From: Candidatus Minusculum obligatum | GTDB lineage: Bacteria > Patescibacteriota > Minisyncoccia > Phycocordibacterales > Phycocordibacteraceae | NCBI GenBank assembly: GCA_002331145.1 | Contig: DCYT01000002.1 | Coordinates: 23,337-87,336, forward strand | DNA length: 64,000 bases | Reading direction: 5' to 3' | Shown here: piece after piece, positions 60,578 to 64,000 of the stretch | Layout of the letters: every line of letters begins with the position of its first letter | Numbering within the stretch: position 1 is the first letter of the stretch | The notes under the pieces: model-generated | What the model was told of the DNA's origin: nothing | Seen by the model: the letters and a program-made list of their open reading frames with translations, nothing else | Databases searched by the model: none | Program-made: the position numbers and the translations under genes

Positions 60578-61099
60578 ATGGAGAAGCAAAGAATATTCGC
60601 ATATATTCTTATTGGAGCCATCATTTCTTTCATTGTTTTTTCTCTTGCTGTATTTCTTCCAAACCTTACTCTTGTATGGACGATAGCAAATTCTCCTGCT
60701 TTGTTAGGTGAAAAATTTGCACTGCTTGTGAGTTTATATGGTGCTATTGGAACAAACTTTACATTTCTTGCAGCGGGGTACACCATTTTGATGTCTCTCT
60801 TGTTTGGCTTAAATGTCACACTGCTGATTTATCTTGTGCGTAGCAGGAGTGTTGGTGCTGTTGGTAAAAATGCCGCAGTTAGTATAGGGGGTCTTATAAG
60901 TGGAATACTGGGTGTTGGGTGTGCTGCTTGTGGAACATTTATCCTCTCAGCGGTACTTGGACTTGTAGGTGCAGCCGGGTTACTTACGCTTCTACCGCTT
61001 GGTGGAGAAGAGTTTGGAATAGTGGGTGTTCTTTTGCTAGCATATACAACATATGCACTGGTTAAAAAAATTCGTGAACCAAATGTTTGCAGCGCTTAG
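60578..61099 (+). CDS. Hypothetical polytopic membrane protein with an intramembrane GCAACG (CxxC) motif
   Basis: GILGVGCAACGTFILSAVLG. 4-5 TM helices. Confidence 0.5.
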   Translation: MEKQRIFAYILIGAIISFIVFSLAVFLPNLTLVWTIANSPALLGEKFALLVSLYGAIGTNFTFLAAGYTILMSLLFGLNVTLLIYLVRSRSVGAVGKNAAVSIGGLISGILGVGCAACGTFILSAVLGLVGAAGLLTLLPLGGEEFGIVGVLLLAYTTYALVKKIREPNVCSA

Positions 61100-61108
61100 A
61101 TAGCTAGT

Positions 61109-61570
61109 ATGGATACACTGATTATATTTCTTGGAAGCTATTTGCATTTCTTCATTATTGCAACAGCTTTATTAAGTGTTATTTTTGCATCTTCAAAAAT
61201 ACGTCTAGAATACATCTCTTTCTTAATTTTTGTTGGACTGCTTGCTTATTTGTTAGGAGAGTTAGTCGGTATGGTTGTATATAATCCACGACCCTTTGTT
61301 ATCTTAGAGGTTGTTCCACTTATTCCTCATGATCCAACAAACGGATTTCCTTCCACGCACGCACTTGTTTCTATAAGCATTGCTTTTGCTGTGTTTGTGT
61401 TTAATAAAAAACTTGGATTTGTACTTTTCTTGCTGGCAATCCTTGTTGGGGCTGGCCGTGTTTTTGCACAAATACACAGTGTTGAAGACGTTCTTGGGAG
61501 CATTGTTGTGGCGCTTGTGGCAGTATGTGTGGGGTTATTTGTCAAAAAGGTTTTTAAAAACCAATCCTAA
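61109..61570 (+). CDS. PAP2-superfamily membrane phosphatase
   Basis: PSTHALVSISIAF (PSGH-like) and AGRVFAQIHSVEDVLGS (SRxxxxxHxxxD) motifs. Confidence 0.65.
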   Translation: MDTLIIFLGSYLHFFIIATALLSVIFASSKIRLEYISFLIFVGLLAYLLGELVGMVVYNPRPFVILEVVPLIPHDPTNGFPSTHALVSISIAFAVFVFNKKLGFVLFLLAILVGAGRVFAQIHSVEDVLGSIVVALVAVCVGLFVKKVFKNQS

Positions 61571-61631
61571 TTTTAATGACATAACATTAATTAATGTGTA
61601 AGATTAACAAATAATTGACTAACAAAAATTT

Positions 61632-62372
61632 ATGGAAAAAAATACAGAGGAAGAATATAAAAAAAATCGAATGCAGACCAAACCTAAATCAAAAGCAGTT
61701 ACGTGGAGTCTAGCTGCCGTGGTTGTTCTTACAGGACTTATATGGGGTCTATCCTCTGGTTCAACAGATAATTCAACAGAAAAAAACTCGATAGCAAATA
61801 CGCTTACGGCAATTGTTGATGATGATTATATAGTTGGTCCAGCAAACGCACCTGTAACACTCATAGAGTACCTCGACTTTGAATGTGAAGCATGTGGTGC
61901 ATACTTTCCGCTAATAAAACAATTAGAGAAAGAGTTTCCAGATGATCTCCGGGTGGTGATGCGGTACTTCCCTCTACCAGGTCACAGAAATGGACTTACG
62001 GCAGCACTTGCCGTTGAAGCGGCAGCACAACAAGGAAAATACAACGAGATGCACGATCTATTATTTGAAGAACAGGAAAATTGGGGTGAGCGATCTGCAC
62101 CGGATCCTTTAATTTTCGAGGAATATGCAAAACAACTTGGGCTTGACACGGAACGATTCAAACAAGATGTATCTTTGCAATCTGTTAAGGATCGTATACA
62201 GCGTGATGTAGATTCAGGAAGAAAACTTGGCAATACTGGAACACCCTCATTCTTCCTAAATGGAAAAAAAATCAACAACCCGCGTAGCTATGAAACATTT
62301 CGACAATTAATTCTAGATGAAATTGAAATTGTTGGAGTGCAACATTCAACTTCTACCCAAATGCAGAATTAG
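61632..62372 (+). CDS. DsbA-like thioredoxin-fold oxidoreductase (divergent fourth paralog; CxxC = CEAC)
   Basis: LIEYLDFECEACGAYFPLI and VVMRYFPL. N-terminal TM helix. Confidence 0.75.
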   Translation: MEKNTEEEYKKNRMQTKPKSKAVTWSLAAVVVLTGLIWGLSSGSTDNSTEKNSIANTLTAIVDDDYIVGPANAPVTLIEYLDFECEACGAYFPLIKQLEKEFPDDLRVVMRYFPLPGHRNGLTAALAVEAAAQQGKYNEMHDLLFEEQENWGERSAPDPLIFEEYAKQLGLDTERFKQDVSLQSVKDRIQRDVDSGRKLGNTGTPSFFLNGKKINNPRSYETFRQLILDEIEIVGVQHSTSTQMQN

Positions 62373-62383
62373 TTAGCCATTGT

Positions 62384-62959
62384 ATGTCATTAGATCAATT
62401 CTCAACTTTGCTCACGCTTGGTTCTTCAGTACTTTTTGTAGGTCTAGCATTTATTGTGCTTGCTACTTGCACTTCAGAGAAGTTGCGTGAACATATGGCG
62501 CGTTTGGGGTACTTTTCTTACCTCTGGGTAATTGCTGGGGTATCGGCATTCTCTATAGCTAGCGCGTTTATTTATCAATTGGTTTATCTAACTCCTGTAT
62601 GTGAGCTATGTTGGATACAGCGTATTTTTTTCTACCCAATAGTTATTATAATGCTTGTCGCCATATGGCATCGTACGCGTGAGGCACACATCACCATAGC
62701 CATACTCTCTGCGCTTGGCCTGTTAGTGGCTATATATCATTACTATTATCAATTTCAGAAACTTGTTCTTGGAAATGTGCTGGCACTACCGTGTTCTTAC
62801 GGCGGACTTTTGCCAGCTTGTACGGATTCATCAATTCTTATATTCGGCTTTGTAACGATCCCTTTTATGGGCATACTTATGTTTGGAAGTTTTCTTTTAT
62901 TGGCCGGACTAGCTGAATTTGCTAAGAGACGCATGGATAGAATAATTAATAACAAATAA
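62384..62959 (+). CDS. Disulfide bond formation protein B (DsbB/BdbC-like)
   Basis: First loop Cys pair CELCWIQR. Second pair LPCSYGGLLPAC. Four TM helices. Confidence 0.7.
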   Translation: MSLDQFSTLLTLGSSVLFVGLAFIVLATCTSEKLREHMARLGYFSYLWVIAGVSAFSIASAFIYQLVYLTPVCELCWIQRIFFYPIVIIMLVAIWHRTREAHITIAILSALGLLVAIYHYYYQFQKLVLGNVLALPCSYGGLLPACTDSSILIFGFVTIPFMGILMFGSFLLLAGLAEFAKRRMDRIINNK

Positions 62960-62971
62960 TTATTCAGTATT

Positions 62972-64000
62972 ATGCAAAACAACAACTTTAAAATTGCCAG
63001 ATTGTTACTTGTAGGGGTGGTAATTTTAGCTGTTCTTATAATAGGAGGGAAGAATCTGGCACGTATTGATGCATATATATCATTGGTCATACAAGATAGT
63101 CAGGATGAGACATTAGAATATACAGAAAAAATAGAAATTGTTATCAAACCTGGTGATACGTTTGCGACAATCATGGAATCTGCTGGAGTGTCATATGATG
63201 AGACGGAGGCAATGCTTGCCTCAGCAAAAGATGTATATGATCTTACGAAACTACACTCTGGAAAGTTCCTGCACCTGTTCCTTGTAGAAGAGGCATTTGC
63301 CGCGGTTGATTACGACCTCAATGACGAGATGAAAATAGTCATCGAAAAATATGAGGACAGCTTTGAGGCACGAGAGGAGCCGATTGTTTACGATACCTAT
63401 CAAACAAGCGCTGAAGCTGTCATCACTTCTTCACTCTTTGTCGACGGAGCAGAGGCAGGTCTCTCTGATGTGACACTTCTCGCGCTTGCTGATATATTTG
63501 CTTGGGATATTGATTTCTTGACAGATATTCGTAAGGGAGATTCTTTCAATATTGTGTACAAGAAACGATTTCTCGACGGAGAAGAAGCTGGTCCGGGTAA
63601 CATACTTGCCGCCCGTTTTGATAACCAGGGAGTGACTCATGCCGCTTTTTATTATAAGGACGCCTTTGGAGAAGAAGGCTACTATGATCTTCAAGGTAAA
63701 TCCCTTTCTCGCCAATTCTTGAAGTCTCCACTTGATTATTCCTACATTAGCTCTGGATTCAGTTATAAACGCGTAAATCCTGTCACCAAACAACTGACTC
63801 CTCATCGTGCAATTGACTATGCAGCCGATACTGGAACACCGGTTATTGCGACTGCAGATGGCAAGGTAACTGCTGCCGGATCAAAGGGTGGTTTAGGGAT
63901 TACTGTGGAGATCAGGCATGGTAGTTACCTTACGCAATATGCTCATCTTTCACGTATTGCCAAAGGAGTAGAAAATGGGGCGGATGTCGCCCAAGGAGAT
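62972..64000 (+). CDS. M23-family metallopeptidase with an N-terminal TM anchor. 3' end beyond the window.
   Basis: HRAIDYAADTGTPVIATADGKV...GLGITVEIRHGSYLTQYAHLS (HxxxD ... HxH). Frame open to position 64000. Not in the ORF track because no stop is reached. Confidence 0.75.
   Translation, partial: MQNNNFKIARLLLVGVVILAVLIIGGKNLARIDAYISLVIQDSQDETLEYTEKIEIVIKPGDTFATIMESAGVSYDETEAMLASAKDVYDLTKLHSGKFLHLFLVEEAFAAVDYDLNDEMKIVIEKYEDSFEAREEPIVYDTYQTSAEAVITSSLFVDGAEAGLSDVTLLALADIFAWDIDFLTDIRKGDSFNIVYKKRFLDGEEAGPGNILAARFDNQGVTHAAFYYKDAFGEEGYYDLQGKSLSRQFLKSPLDYSYISSGFSYKRVNPVTKQLTPHRAIDYAADTGTPVIATADGKVTAAGSKGGLGITVEIRHGSYLTQYAHLSRIAKGVENGADVAQGD

Noticed and set aside
1-64000. CRISPR arrays, tRNA or rRNA genes, IS elements or transposases
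   Set aside because: No regularly spaced direct repeats, no tRNA T-arm-like GGTTCGAATCC motifs, no rRNA-like stretches and no transposase or integrase ORFs were found. The GC-rich island has no mobility genes, so it is not called a mobile element.

Overview
This 64-kb window comes from an AT-rich (roughly 40% GC by eye), gene-dense bacterial chromosome. Several traits point to a reduced genome: a short RpoB (1058 aa), a hinge-less 714-aa SMC, ribosomal proteins L32 and S16 with low-complexity tails, a type IV pilin and a sortase. From these I infer a Patescibacteria/CPR-like or similar small-genome lineage, with low confidence.

Housekeeping genes recognised: pheT (3' part), gyrB, thrS, dnaE, rnhB, rpmF, a nusB-Nudix fusion, rnc, smc, rnr, rpsP, a KH-domain protein, trmD, a tightly packed rpoB-rpoC-dnaG-rpoD block, a UvrD-type helicase with a PD-(D/E)xK nuclease, uppP, a DEDD exonuclease, hisS, prmC, cspA, truB and a Pif1-like helicase.

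Accessory content:
- A sortase and a 953-aa surface protein with seven Ig-like two-cysteine repeats, separated by a ~1-kb GC-rich island of clearly foreign codon usage.
- An arsR-DUF3179-dsbA-tlpA-ccdA operon with 4-nt start/stop overlaps.
- A ~9-kb same-strand island (54.1-63.0 kb): CsoR-like regulator, rhodanese-DUF1573, DUF1573, DsbD_2, a 50-aa peptide, a Grx-like protein, a ferric-reductase-type haem membrane protein plus a separate FNR-fold flavoprotein, a cupredoxin-fold protein lacking the copper cysteine, a His-rich protein, DsbA, a CxxC membrane protein, PAP2, DsbA, DsbB and an M23 peptidase.
- Four DsbA paralogs in total.
- Two perfect 36-bp palindromes with TACGTA cores exactly at convergent gene junctions, plus degenerate copies elsewhere.
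- A ~370-nt GC-rich, hairpin-dense non-coding stretch that I treat as a candidate structured RNA.

No rRNA, tRNA, CRISPR array or transposase was seen. All coordinates and motif calls were made by eye, without tools.
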